Source: an uncultured Gemmatimonadales bacterium
GTDB taxonomy: Bacteria > Gemmatimonadota > Gemmatimonadetes > Gemmatimonadales > GWC2-71-9
DNA length: 64,000 nucleotides
Direction of reading: 5' to 3'
Assembly: GCA_963842945.1 (NCBI GenBank)
Contig: CAWJIM010000006.1
Span: forward strand, 64,001 to 128,000
Below the pieces are notes generated by a model. It did no database searches. It was not told the origin of the DNA and saw only the letters and a list, made by a program, of their open reading frames with translations. The position numbers and the translations under genes are program-made. Every line of letters starts with the position of its first letter. Within the stretch, counting starts at the first letter, position 1. Below, one piece after another: positions 31,891-42,238 of the stretch.

Positions 31891-32995
31891 ATGAGTTCCA
31901 AACCCGAAGGCGCCACCGGGGTAGAGCCTCCGATCGAACCGATGCTGGCCAAGCTGGCCGACAGCTTGCCGCCGGAAGGCAGCTTTCTCTACGAGCCCAA
32001 GTGGGATGGCTTCCGCTCGATCGTATTTCGCAGCGAGTCGGAGGTGTACATCCAGAGCCGCGACCTCCGGCCGTTCGATCGCTACTTCCCCGAGCTGCAC
32101 GAAAGCCTGCTGGAAAATGTGCCTTCGGGTTGCGTACTCGACGGAGAGATCGTGATCATGACCCCGCGCGGCCTCGACTTCGACCTCCTCCAGCTCCGGC
32201 TACATCCGGCGGCCTCGCGCGTAGCCAAACTGGCGAAGGAGACGCCGGCCTCGTTTGTGGCCTTCGATCTCCTGGCGCTGGATGGCAAGAGTCTGATGGA
32301 TGCTCCCCAGCATGAGCGCAGGCGGCACTTGGAGCGCCTGGCGGCAAAGCTCGGTCCTCCGGTCTACATCACCCCCATGACCACCGACCGGAAAAAGGCG
32401 CTCCGGTGGCTGGATCAGTTCGAGGGTGCCGGCCTGGATGGGGTCATCGCCAAGCCGGCCGACAGCCGGTACCAGCCGGGCAAGCGGGCCATGCTGAAGA
32501 TCAAACACGTGCGCACAGCGGACTGCGTGGTGGCGGGGTTCCGCTGGCACAAGACGGGAAAGGGTGTGGTGGGATCGTTGCTGCTGGGTCTCTACGATAA
32601 CCGAGGCGTGCTGCAGCACGTCGGCGTGACCTCATCATTCACCATGGCCATGCGACGGGAACTCGCCGTCGAGCTCGCCCCCCTCCGCGAAAATGCTTTC
32701 GAGAATCACCCCTGGAAGGAGTGGGCCCAGGTAGACGGGAGTGAGACCGACCGCATGCCGGGAGCCCAGAGCCGCTGGAGCGCCGGGAAAGAATCTCTCC
32801 TGGGAGCCGCTCCGGATCGAGCGGGTGGTCGAGGTCAAATACGACCACCTGCAGGGCGACCGCTTCCGCCATGCCACCACCTTCCTCCGCTGGCGGCCTG
32901 ATAAGGACCCGAAAGACTGCCGCTACGATCAGCTCGAGGTCACCCGAGCCTACGATTTGGAGAAGGTCTTCTCGTCGGGATCGAGCGGCTCCTGA
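31891..32995 (+). CDS. ligC: ATP-dependent DNA ligase, LigC type (frameshift near 32790)
   Basis: PMLAK, EPKWDGFR, LDGEIV, DGVIAK, KIKH, LSWEPLR, RFRH. Confidence 0.88.
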
Positions 32996-34233
32996 ACCGG
33001 CCGGAGGTCGGACGGGACGTGCTGCAGGTTTACCCGGATCCGGGTCCAGGTGGTGAAGCGGCCGCGCATGGAGTCGACCAGGACATCGGCGGGCTCCAGG
33101 TGTGAAGCGGCTTGAGGATGACGTTCCTTCCAGCGCTCGAGTCCGGCGAGCGCGTCTTCCTTCCGCTGGGCGCGACCGATCTCGATCAGGGGAAACTTCG
33201 AAGTTCGGCGTTTGGAGGGCTGCACTCGGGCCGGCTCACCCTCCTGTTTCTGGTAGTGGGGAGGCCAGGGGGCATCGCCCAACCCCTCGCGCTCGTGTTC
33301 GGCCGACAGCTGCAACAGGGCCTCGAGTGATCCGGCGTGCTGGTCGATGGCGGCATGGCGGTCTCCAATGCTGGCAAAGCGGGCCGGCATGGTGGCCAGG
33401 GTAAAGTCACCGGGCTCGCAGGTCTCCACCTCTTCCCAGCTGAGCGGAGCCGACACCGGCGCTTCGGGTTTGGGGCGGACCGAATAGGCCGAGGCTACGG
33501 TCCGGTCCTTGGCGTTCTGGTTGTAGTCCACGAATACCCCGTGCCGCTCCTCCTTCCACCATTTGCTGGTGGCGATGGCGGGCGCGCGCCGCTCCACCTC
33601 CCGGGCCAGCGCCAGAGCGGCACGCCGCACTTGATCGAAGTTCCACCGGCGCTCGATCCGCACATTCACATGGATGCCGCGCGAGCCCGAGGTCTTGGGC
33701 CATCCGGTCAGGCCGAAGTCCCGGAGCGTGTGGTTCACGATTCCGGCGACGTCACGCACCTGCTGCCAGCTCACTCCGGGGACCGGATCGAGGTCGACCC
33801 GGAGCTCATCGGGGTGCTCCAGATCGTCGGCCCGGACCGGATGAGGATGCAGCTCGAGGCAGCCGAGGTTGGCCAGCCAAGCCAGGGCCGCGGCGTCCCT
33901 CGGCACCACCTCATCGGCGCTCCGCCCCGAGGGAAAGCGGAGCGAGACCACCTCGATCCAGGGCGGCCGGGATTCCGGGGCACGCTTCTGATAGAAGTGC
34001 TCGCTGGCGATGCCGTTGGGGTAGCGCACCAGCATGTTCGGCCGGCCGCCGGCGCCCCGGAGGGCGCCGTCGGCCACGGCGAGATAGTAGCGCACTACGT
34101 CGAGCTTCGTGTACTTCCGCTCGGGAAAGAGCACCTTGCCCGGATTCGTGACTGCGACCTCGTGCTCCCCGATCACGAGCAGCTCGGGCCCGCTCCCCTT
34201 TGAGCTCGAGGACTTGCTCCTCGGTTTTGCCAT
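32950..34233 (-). CDS. LigD polymerase-domain / Prim-PolC-like AEP protein
   Basis: TNPGKVLFP, RYPNG, FYQKRAP, DLDP, KTSGSRGIH, DYNQN, YSVRP. Confidence 0.88.
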   Translation of the reverse strand: MAKPRSKSSSSKGSGPELLVIGEHEVAVTNPGKVLFPERKYTKLDVVRYYLAVADGALRGAGGRPNMLVRYPNGIASEHFYQKRAPESRPPWIEVVSLRFPSGRSADEVVPRDAAALAWLANLGCLELHPHPVRADDLEHPDELRVDLDPVPGVSWQQVRDVAGIVNHTLRDFGLTGWPKTSGSRGIHVNVRIERRWNFDQVRRAALALAREVERRAPAIATSKWWKEERHGVFVDYNQNAKDRTVASAYSVRPKPEAPVSAPLSWEEVETCEPGDFTLATMPARFASIGDRHAAIDQHAGSLEALLQLSAEHEREGLGDAPWPPHYQKQEGEPARVQPSKRRTSKFPLIEIGRAQRKEDALAGLERWKERHPQAASHLEPADVLVDSMRGRFTTWTRIRVNLQHVPSDLRPVQEPLDPDEKTFSKS

Positions 34234-34278
34234 ACCGGAAAGGATACTCTTGCCCGGGAACTCTGTCCCGGTCCCGGC

Positions 34279-35322
34279 TTACGGGATGTACAGCTCGCTT
34301 TCGTGCGGCTCCAGTGGCGGAGGGGGACCGGCTCCCTCACTTCCACCTACCGCCAGGAGGCGGAAGTTGCCGTTGAGGCTGACCCGAACCATGGCGTCGT
34401 GCGCATGCGCCGGTGCCGCCCGGGCGCTCCAGGTATTGGTCTCGGGGTTATAGGCGTAAGTGTGCAGCCCGTCGCCTCCGCTCACGGTCACGAAGAGCTT
34501 CCCTTGTATCACGTCGGCAATGGCCGCTCCAGCCGTGGGAATCGGAGCCAGCGACTTCCAGCTATTGGATCCGGGGTCATACACGTCCAGATTGGCGACC
34601 GGATCGAAGTCGTGGAAGCCGCCGACAACGTAGAGCTTGCCATCGATGACTCCGGCTGCGCCTCTTCGGTGGTACTGCGGCGCCTGTCGCCGGCTGGTCC
34701 AGGTGTTCGCATCCGGGTCATAGCGGTAAAAGCGCCGGGTGGGCTCCTCGGCACAGTAGCCGGCGTTGGGATACTGGTCGCCGGAGCAGGCACCCGGAAG
34801 CACGTAGAGCTTGCCGGCAATCACGCCGGAAACTCCTTCGGCACCGAAGATGGGAAGATCCGCCTTCCTGCTCATCCGGTCCCTGCCGTAGTCATAGGCC
34901 CAGACTGCTTTGGTGAAACTGGAGGGCGTCTCGACCGCATTGTAGCCGCCGGTGAAGTAGATCCTGCTTCCCAGTTTCTCGGCTCCATTGGAGCCGAATA
35001 CCCCGACCCGCGACATCATCCGGGTCCAGGTATCGGTGGCCGAATTGTAGGCCGTTACGCCAAAGCCGGTCCCCCCTTGACCATCGGTGCCCCCCATGAG
35101 GTACACGATGGATTGGCCGGCGGAGTTGGGCGCCATGGCAGCAAAGGCGTCGAAGAGACCGGGAACCGGATAGGCGGCTTTAGGGGTCCAGCTGTTGACG
35201 GCACTTAGCGCCGCTGCGATGGGCGAGGCATCCTCGGAATCGGCGGGCTGAGTCGGGATATCGGCGGTGCAGCCCAGTATCAGAAGTGCCCCGAGGCATG
35301 CAACGAGATTGAGAAGCTTCAT
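34279..35322 (-). CDS. Kelch-repeat lipoprotein
   Basis: Lipobox ILGC; repeated Y..GG...YDP...W units. Confidence 0.8.
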   Translation of the reverse strand: MKLLNLVACLGALLILGCTADIPTQPADSEDASPIAAALSAVNSWTPKAAYPVPGLFDAFAAMAPNSAGQSIVYLMGGTDGQGGTGFGVTAYNSATDTWTRMMSRVGVFGSNGAEKLGSRIYFTGGYNAVETPSSFTKAVWAYDYGRDRMSRKADLPIFGAEGVSGVIAGKLYVLPGACSGDQYPNAGYCAEEPTRRFYRYDPDANTWTSRRQAPQYHRRGAAGVIDGKLYVVGGFHDFDPVANLDVYDPGSNSWKSLAPIPTAGAAIADVIQGKLFVTVSGGDGLHTYAYNPETNTWSARAAPAHAHDAMVRVSLNGNFRLLAVGGSEGAGPPPPLEPHESELYIP

Positions 35323-35387
35323 GGACCTGCTCCTTTCGAGAAGCGGTCGCGCTGGAGTCCAGGAGATGTGATTCTTGCGGCGCAGGA

Positions 35388-36188
35388 TCAAGCAGCAGTC
35401 AAGCCGATTATTAACCAGAGTCCCCAGCCGATCAGCAGCAGGGCGGCCGCCCGACCCACCAGTCGCCCTCGGGGGAGGAGCTTCTCGACCAGCACGAACA
35501 CCGCGATGGCAATGACCCAGAGCAGGTTCATCACCCCCGCGACGAAAAGCAGCGCCATCAAGGCCCAGCAGCAGCCTACGCAGTAGGTCCCATGCTCGAG
35601 TCCCATCAGGAGGGCACCCCAACTGCCCTCCCGCCAGTGATCGCTGAAGAACCCCAGGGGAGAGCGGCAGTGAGAGAGGCACGCTCCCTTGGCCGGCAGC
35701 CACTGATAGATGCCCGCCAGGAGGAGAAGTCCTCCACCCAGGAGCGGGCTTGCGGCGGCCATGGCCGGAGAGAGGAGGGCAAGCCGGTGCAGCTGCCACT
35801 GCGTGGTCGCGGCGATCGTGGCGTACAACGCCCAAACCAGCAGGTACCCCAGGGTAAACACCGCGGCGGACGCGGTGGGCACGTTGCGGATCTTGCGCTG
35901 CCGTGCGACGCCGGCAAAGAGCAGAATCATGGGAGCGGCCGATGGGATCATCATTGCCACCATCATCACGATCCACATCGGCACCAGCCAGGAGAGCTGC
36001 GGCCCGCTGGACTCAGCGGGCAGCGGCATCGCCATGCCAGCCGGCATTGCGGAGGACATCGTGCGACTCATGTGGATGATGTATCCCCAGGCCAGGGCGG
36101 CAAGGAAGGCGAGGCCGCCGGCGACAACCAGCCGATCCCGGCGGAGGATCTGGTCAATGAGCCCCGGGCCGGCCGTGGTGCTGCTCAT
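35388..36188 (-). CDS. DUF2182 membrane protein (predicted metal-binding)
   Basis: MMVAMMIPS, KGACLSHCRSP, CVGCCWALM, GVMN, EKL. Confidence 0.88.
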   Translation of the reverse strand: MSSTTAGPGLIDQILRRDRLVVAGGLAFLAALAWGYIIHMSRTMSSAMPAGMAMPLPAESSGPQLSWLVPMWIVMMVAMMIPSAAPMILLFAGVARQRKIRNVPTASAAVFTLGYLLVWALYATIAATTQWQLHRLALLSPAMAAASPLLGGGLLLLAGIYQWLPAKGACLSHCRSPLGFFSDHWREGSWGALLMGLEHGTYCVGCCWALMALLFVAGVMNLLWVIAIAVFVLVEKLLPRGRLVGRAAALLLIGWGLWLIIGLTAA

Positions 36189-36197
36189 CAGGGGAAG

Positions 36198-36824
36198 CTA
36201 CCGCTGATTGGTCCAGGTCGTGATGGCGTAGCTGGCGAATCCGCCCCCGTGGCGGAACTTGAACGGACCGTAATTGACCTCGAGCGCCTCGGTGGTCGCG
36301 ATGTTGCCCGTGTTCCAGAAGAAGCCACCCTTGGGATAGACGATCTGCACCTCCTTGTCCTGACCCGACACGGCATCGCGAATGGGAGTTTGCCTGAGCT
36401 CCAGCACGCCGGGAATTCGATAGCTCGAGCGGGTGCCGTTCACCTTCATCTCGATCGGCTTGCGTACCGGTCCCTCCAGCACCGCGATCGTCCCTGCCAG
36501 TGCCTCAAACGGCATCCCTCCAGCCTGGCCCGAGAGAATCATGGCGATCGCCTCGGCCTGCTTGTCGCTGGCCTTGTCGTCGATGAACACCGCGACCTTC
36601 CCGTTCCCCTGGTGGATGGCCTTGGGATAGTCGATGGCCAGCACATAGCGGACTCCATTGAGCACAACATCGCCGTACTTCCCTTCCTTTACTTCTCCTC
36701 CGATCAGTGCCTCACAGCCTCCGTCGTTGGAGGTGGGGAAGCCGGAAAACTGGCAGCCGCAGGCGGTGTCGCAGTTACAGGCTTCGATGTTGTGAACCGT
36801 AATCCGGTAAGGCACGGGCGCCAT
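36198..36824 (-). CDS. DUF1326 protein
   Basis: EACNCDTACGC...CEA, GKYGDV.L.G, ILSGQAGG; usual partner of DUF2182. Confidence 0.85.
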   Translation of the reverse strand: MAPVPYRITVHNIEACNCDTACGCQFSGFPTSNDGGCEALIGGEVKEGKYGDVVLNGVRYVLAIDYPKAIHQGNGKVAVFIDDKASDKQAEAIAMILSGQAGGMPFEALAGTIAVLEGPVRKPIEMKVNGTRSSYRIPGVLELRQTPIRDAVSGQDKEVQIVYPKGGFFWNTGNIATTEALEVNYGPFKFRHGGGFASYAITTWTNQR

Positions 36825-37053
36825 CTGTCTGTCTCCTGACGAAACGAGTGATAAGACCGGCACGCGCAAGGATACCCACCAGGTTGGCCGAGCACCTGGT
36901 TGACGATCCCAGATAGATATGTCGGTTGGGATGCGCGGGGAAGAACGGCTGGAGGATATCCCGGGGCGGTAGGTGATTCCGGCGGGGTGTGGGCCGAGCA
37001 GCTCGGGTCCGCGTGGTATCGAAGCTGCGGACCCAGAGCTGCCCGTCGCCGGA

Positions 37054-37570
37054 CTATTTCTTGACCTCGAGCTGTACGACCTCGGGATGGCCGTAGGCCC
37101 CCATCCCCAGGGTCTTCGTGATCTCCACGGCGTTCGGCTGCGTGGTTACGATGAGCAGCGCCGATTCGCTGGGATTGAACATGCCTAAGACTTTTTTCAG
37201 ATCCTCTTCCGACAAGCGTGTGGCCCCGGCCTTTACTGCGTAAGCCTGAGCCGAATCGGTGCTCGCTCAGGCGCGCGATCGCGCTGTCTACCGTCTGGCT
37301 TGACTGGACGCCGGTGACGGAATTGCCCCTATGGTGCCTCATCCGGGTGTCCACTTTCCCTTCCGAATCCTTGATGAGCACGGCGTAGGCTTCGATCTGG
37401 TCCTTGGCCGAGTTACTCATGCGCTTCACAGCGCTCTCGGCTCCGGTTGTATCATGCCAAACCGCGAAGACCAGCTTGACCGGCGCCTCGGACTGGGCCT
37501 GTAGTGACCACGGACTGGCAACCAGTAGAGATGAGGCAAGTGAAAGGTACAACGCGCGATAGGTGCTCAT
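37054..37570 (-). CDS. Secreted hypothetical protein, DUF1269-like (frameshift near 37260)
   Basis: GGAG RBS; signal peptide; EAYAVLIKDSEGKV...RLSEEDLKKVLGMFNPSESALL; paralog at 57854-58385. Confidence 0.7.
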
Positions 37571-37774
37571 GCTCTTCTCCATCAGGTTGGGAATCGGGGG
37601 GATGGACTGCACGCCGTGTCCAATTTAGGAACAGAAAACGAGTTCCACACCTCGATGTTAGTGCAGGTATCCGATTGACCTAGCCTTTCGTGTAGTTGGC
37701 CGCCCTTCCAGCGCTCCCCATATTTGCCCCATATTGGGTTTTTTCCTGACTCTAGTCTGACGAGACCTCGTGTG

Positions 37775-38455
37775 ATGCGCTCATCCACGCGTAACTGGTG
37801 CGTCCGCTACGGCCTTCTGCTGCTTTGCTTTCTCCCCCTGATAGCGTTAGGCACCGCCTGCCATCCCGGCGAACCGACCGGACCTGCCCAGCTGGATGTC
37901 GTCGCTACCGCCCACGACGACACGGTGAACTTCGCCAGCATCGGAACATTCGTCATGCCGGACTCCGTGGTCGAGATTGTCCCTCCGGAAAGCGTGGCCA
38001 CCACTCTGCCCTTCGATCACACCTACGATCAGCTGATTCTCGATGGTGTTGCCGCTCAAATGGCCACTCTGGGCTACACCCGGCTTCCGAGTTTCGATCC
38101 CAACAACCCGCCCGACGTAGCGGTGTTAATCAAAGCGGTTGCGGTCAGAAATACCGACATCTATGTCAGCTATCCGTGGTGGGGCTACTGGGGATGGTAC
38201 GGTTGGCCTTGCTGCTACGGCCCAGGCTGGGGGGTCGGATATCCCGTGGTGAGCGCGTCGCAGTATGACGTTGGTACCATTGCGATCGACATGTGGGACC
38301 TTCGGCGAAGCGACGTAGTAGCGCAAACAGTACCGGCTATCTGGACCGCCGCGCTTCGAGGACTGCTCGAAGGCTCTGCAACCGATGCCCCGTTTCGCAT
38401 AGACCAGGCCATCGATCGCGCCTTTGCTCAGTCACCCTATCTCGGCCATCCGTAG
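37775..38455 (+). CDS. DUF4136-like lipoprotein
   Basis: Lipobox GTAC; W/Y/G-rich loop; YDVGTIAIDMWD; AIDRAFAQSPYL. Confidence 0.75.
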   Translation: MRSSTRNWCVRYGLLLLCFLPLIALGTACHPGEPTGPAQLDVVATAHDDTVNFASIGTFVMPDSVVEIVPPESVATTLPFDHTYDQLILDGVAAQMATLGYTRLPSFDPNNPPDVAVLIKAVAVRNTDIYVSYPWWGYWGWYGWPCCYGPGWGVGYPVVSASQYDVGTIAIDMWDLRRSDVVAQTVPAIWTAALRGLLEGSATDAPFRIDQAIDRAFAQSPYLGHP

Positions 38456-38470
38456 AGGAGCAGACACACC

Positions 38471-39073
38471 ATGCGAGCAATCCGCCGGATCATGGCGTTT
38501 GCCCTTCTGCCCGCGGTCCTCAGTGTGTCGCCGGCCTCCGCACAATGGTGGACGGCAATCAGTTATCAGCCTGCCCAGCCAATGGCAAACACCCAGGAGT
38601 TTACCGATGCATTTGCCTGGCGGGGCATAGGGCTCGACTTCAAAAAGCAGATGAATGACAACGTGGCGCTGGGTCTCAGCTTCGCGTGGCAGGTGTTCGA
38701 CCAACAGACCGACGAGGTGGTATCGGCGTTCGGGGTGGACATAAGCGGGGATCAGTTCCGTTACGTGAACTCCTTTCCGATGCTGGCCAACGTCTCCTAC
38801 TTTCTCGGCAGTCCGGGTAACGTCCGGCCGTATCTCGCTGCCAACGTAGGGACCATTGTCCTGGAGCAACGTATGGATGTCGGTCTGTACTCGATCCACG
38901 AGACGAACTGGCACTTCGGCTTTGGCCCCGAAGCCGGGCTTGCCATTCCGGTTCGCCCCGGACTGGCCGCGGTGCTGAGCAGCCGATACAACTACGCACT
39001 GTCCGCTGGAAACGTCGACGACCAGTCGTACGTGAGCTTCGGCCTCGGTCTCGCGTGGACTCACGGATACTGA
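38471..39073 (+). CDS. Outer-membrane beta-barrel protein
   Basis: GAGGAG RBS, signal peptide ASA-Q, RPY motif, terminal YVSFGLGLAW strand. Confidence 0.8.
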   Translation: MRAIRRIMAFALLPAVLSVSPASAQWWTAISYQPAQPMANTQEFTDAFAWRGIGLDFKKQMNDNVALGLSFAWQVFDQQTDEVVSAFGVDISGDQFRYVNSFPMLANVSYFLGSPGNVRPYLAANVGTIVLEQRMDVGLYSIHETNWHFGFGPEAGLAIPVRPGLAAVLSSRYNYALSAGNVDDQSYVSFGLGLAWTHGY

Positions 39074-39149
39074 TGTGCCTGGGTTAGCCTCCCGAGAGTA
39101 AGGCAGCTCGTCCATTCATCTCGACTCACCCACAGCCAGGTAGGACACC

Positions 39150-39995
39150 ACGGTCTCTGCCATCCGCCCCATTCAGTCGATATTCCATCCGTCTGACTTC
39201 TCCGAAGGCAGCGAGGTGGCGTTTGCGCACGCGCTCAAGATCGCGCTCGCTGCCCAAGCCGGACTCGACATGCTCCACGTTTCGGAACAGCGGAATCAGA
39301 GCTGGACCGAATTCCCGGGTGTCCGCGAAACACTCGAGCGTTGGCAGCTGTTGCCTCCCAACAGCCCGCGCAAGGCGGTAGCCTCGCTGGGAATCGATGT
39401 GCGGAAGGTCGTGAAGAAGGACTCCGATCCGGTCCGGGCGGCGGAGCGGTTCCTCGAGAAAAACCCGACCGATCTGGTGGTGCTTGCGGCGCACGCCCAG
39501 CAGGGTCATATGCGCTGGACTCGCAGCTCGGTGTCTCAACCGATTGCCCGGGCAGCGGCGGCGGCTACGCTCTTCCTCCCGTATGGAACTCAGGGCTTCG
39601 TATCCCAGGCCGATGGGAGCTCTTCTCTTCGGAGCATCCTGCTGCCGGTTGACACGGCACCCCGGCCGGAGCCGGCAATGGAAGCCGCCTGGCGGCTGGC
39701 GTGGGCCCTCCACTGTCCGGAGGTCACCTTCACTCTGCTGCATGTGGGCCGAGCCGAAATCCCTTCCGTCGAGGCCGAGGAGCAGCCCGGCTGGACCTGG
39801 AAGAAGGTGACCCGGGACGGCGACGTGGTGGATGCTATCGTTGCCGTGGCCGGCGAGTGCGCGGCGGACCTCATTGTCATGACCACGGCCGGGCGCAACG
39901 GTTTCCTCGACGCCCTGCGGGGATCCACGACCGAGCGCGTGTTGCGCAGCGGAGTCGCACCGCTCCTCGCTATTCCAGCCGCCGCGCTGATGTAA
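39150..39995 (+). CDS. Tandem universal stress protein (start codon atypical)
   Basis: SIFHPSDFSEGS, DLVVLA, SILLPVD, DLIVMTTAG...GSTTERVL. Confidence 0.82.
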   Translation, partial: TVSAIRPIQSIFHPSDFSEGSEVAFAHALKIALAAQAGLDMLHVSEQRNQSWTEFPGVRETLERWQLLPPNSPRKAVASLGIDVRKVVKKDSDPVRAAERFLEKNPTDLVVLAAHAQQGHMRWTRSSVSQPIARAAAAATLFLPYGTQGFVSQADGSSSLRSILLPVDTAPRPEPAMEAAWRLAWALHCPEVTFTLLHVGRAEIPSVEAEEQPGWTWKKVTRDGDVVDAIVAVAGECAADLIVMTTAGRNGFLDALRGSTTERVLRSGVAPLLAIPAAALM

Positions 39996-40004
39996 GGACT
40001 GGCC

Positions 40005-41312
40005 TTGCCTACTCGCCGGCTCGCGGCTGCCCTCGCCGGCCTTGCTATTCTCGGTGCAGGGGCCTGGATGGTCCTGACCGTGGGCAGCCCTTTCCCTCCA
40101 CATACGCTCATAATGGTCACCGGCCCAAGGGCAGCGCCTACGATGAGCTCGGGGTCCGCTACCAGGAGGTGCTCCGGCGCGCGGGGATCGATCTGCAGGT
40201 GATTCGCACTGAGGGCGGGGTGAAGAACCTCGCACGCCTGCAGGACCCTGCGGGCGAAGTGAAGGTTGGCTTCCTGGAGAGCGGACTGACGAACCAGAAG
40301 GAGTCGCCCGAGCTGGTTTCACTCGGCACGGTCTCGCTCGAACCGCTTTGGTCCTTCTTCCGCGGCGGAACGCAGGGAAACGGAGCCCGAGCAAAGCTCA
40401 CGAGCAAACGCATCTCCATCGAGCCCGAAGGCAGCGCGACGCGGGTCCTGGCTCGACGGCTGCTGGCGCTCAACGGTGTGGCCGAGACGAGCGTCGTGTT
40501 GCTCGGCCTCCCTCCGGAGCAAAGCGCCGAAGCGTTATTGCGTGGGGAAATCGACGGCGCCGTAATGCTGAGCTCGTGGCAGTCGCCGGTGGTGCGGAAG
40601 CTTCTGGTGGCCGACGGCGTTGTGCTCGAGAGCTATCCCCGCGCAGACGCATACGTCGCGCTGTTTCCCAGCCTCTATAAGGTGGTGCTCCCCACCGGCG
40701 TCGCAGACCTGGCGAGGAATATCCCGCCGCGGGACGTGACCCTGCTCGCCGTTGAGACAAGTTTGGTGGTGCGGAAGAACCTCCACCCTGGGCTGCAGTA
40801 CCTGCTACTCGAGGCTGCCTCCGAGATCCATGGCGGCCCGGAGATCTTCCACAAGGCCGGCCGATTCCCTGCTGCCGAGGCGGTCAACCTGCCCTTGAGT
40901 ACCCAGGCACGGGAGTTCTATCAGTCGGGCCTGCCGTTCGTCTATCAGGTGCTGCCGCTGTGGTTGGCGGGCATAACCCAGCGGCTACTGATCCTCCTGA
41001 TTCCGCTGTTTGTCATCGTCTTTCCTGCGGTCCGGTTCCTGCCCGCCATCTACTCATACATGATCGAGCGCCGGATCTACAAACTCTATGGCGAGCTAAT
41101 GATGCTGGAAGCGGAGTTGGACCGGGCCGGGCTCTGGCCCACCCCCATACGATCTGGTCGCAGGGCTGGAAGACCTGGGGAGGCGGGCGAACCGCCTGTC
41201 GGTCCCGCTGAGCTTCACCCAGCGGCTGTTCATCCTGAAGAGCCATATTGCCCAGGCCAGGGACGAGGTGGAGAAGCGGCAAGGAGGAGTGCCCGCCGGT
41301 GCCAGGGGGTAA
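40005..41312 (+). CDS. TAXI-family solute-binding protein with C-terminal membrane segment (frameshifts near 40128 and 41135)
   Basis: TGPKGSAY, TEGGVKNL, EPLW, LVVRKNLHPGLQ, GRFP, LPLW..., YKLYGEL. Confidence 0.78.
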
Positions 41313-41622
41313 GGCTAGCTGAGAACAGACGATCAGGCCGATGGCTAGGAAGGCTTATTCGCCAGCGGGAGTGAGACGATCACGGTGGCGCCCCGGTCTG
41401 GATTGTTGACCGCTGCACATGGGAGCACGTATGCGGTGAACAATGACAAAAGGCGCGGAAGAACTTCATACCGCCTCGCACTAGTCTGCGGGACCATTGA
41501 GCGGTTCGGTGATGTATACCAAAGTCCAGTGCCTTCATGAGCGCCGGGCGCAGACATTTGGTCTGGTCAAATATCGGCGGGGCGTTCCTGCTGGGGCTGC
41601 CCCTCACTCTGGAGGAATAGCG

Positions 41623-42126
41623 ATGCACCGCATTCTGGCATGGCTCGTAGCCTCATGTCTGGTTGTCAGTTCTGCGCAGGCTCAAAGTACCGCCCAGCAG
41701 GCATCGACCACCACACCCTCATCCGCGTCCAGCGAAGAGGTGCTGAAAAACCTGCGGGCGGACATGCAGAGCAGTAGGGCAGACATCATGGCCAAAAACC
41801 TGACGCTCAGCGCCGATCAGGCGGCCAAGTTCTGGCCGGTTTTCGAGGCCTATCAGAAGCAGCAGAACACTATCATGGACGCCCAGCTCAAGGATCTGCA
41901 AAAGTACGTGGAAGGCTATAAGACGCTGGACGACGCCGGGGCACTCGCCCTCATGAGCGCGCATCTGGAGCGGGACGCCAAGATGACCGCCTTGCGGCAA
42001 AAGTGGCTGGGCGAATTCCAGAAGGTATTGCCCACGAAGCTCGCCGTGCGAGCGATGCAGATCGACCGACGACTCTCTCTGCTGGCCCAGATGGAGGTCT
42101 CCGGCCAAATTCCGTTGGTGCACTGA
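41623..42126 (+). CDS. Secreted alpha-helical hypothetical protein
   Basis: GGAGG RBS; signal peptide; NLTLSADQAAKFWPVFEAYQ motif. Confidence 0.75.
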   Translation: MHRILAWLVASCLVVSSAQAQSTAQQASTTTPSSASSEEVLKNLRADMQSSRADIMAKNLTLSADQAAKFWPVFEAYQKQQNTIMDAQLKDLQKYVEGYKTLDDAGALALMSAHLERDAKMTALRQKWLGEFQKVLPTKLAVRAMQIDRRLSLLAQMEVSGQIPLVH

Positions 42127-42238
42127 GGCATCGCTCGGCCTCTGACCCATCTCCGCCGAACAGGCGAGGCGCCACACCAGGTACGCTGATGTGGCGCCTC
42201 TTGCTTTACCGCCGCGCAAACAGCAGCGGCACCCTCCC

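Noticed and set aside
34279..35976. 565-aa ORF as a single protein
   Set aside because: The N-terminal part is an alternate frame over the DUF2182 gene; the Kelch lipoprotein starts at 35322.
39126..40394. Long antisense ORFs (this one, 52921-54687, 29210-30772 and similar)
   Set aside because: Shadow ORFs opposite well-supported genes, common in high-GC DNA.
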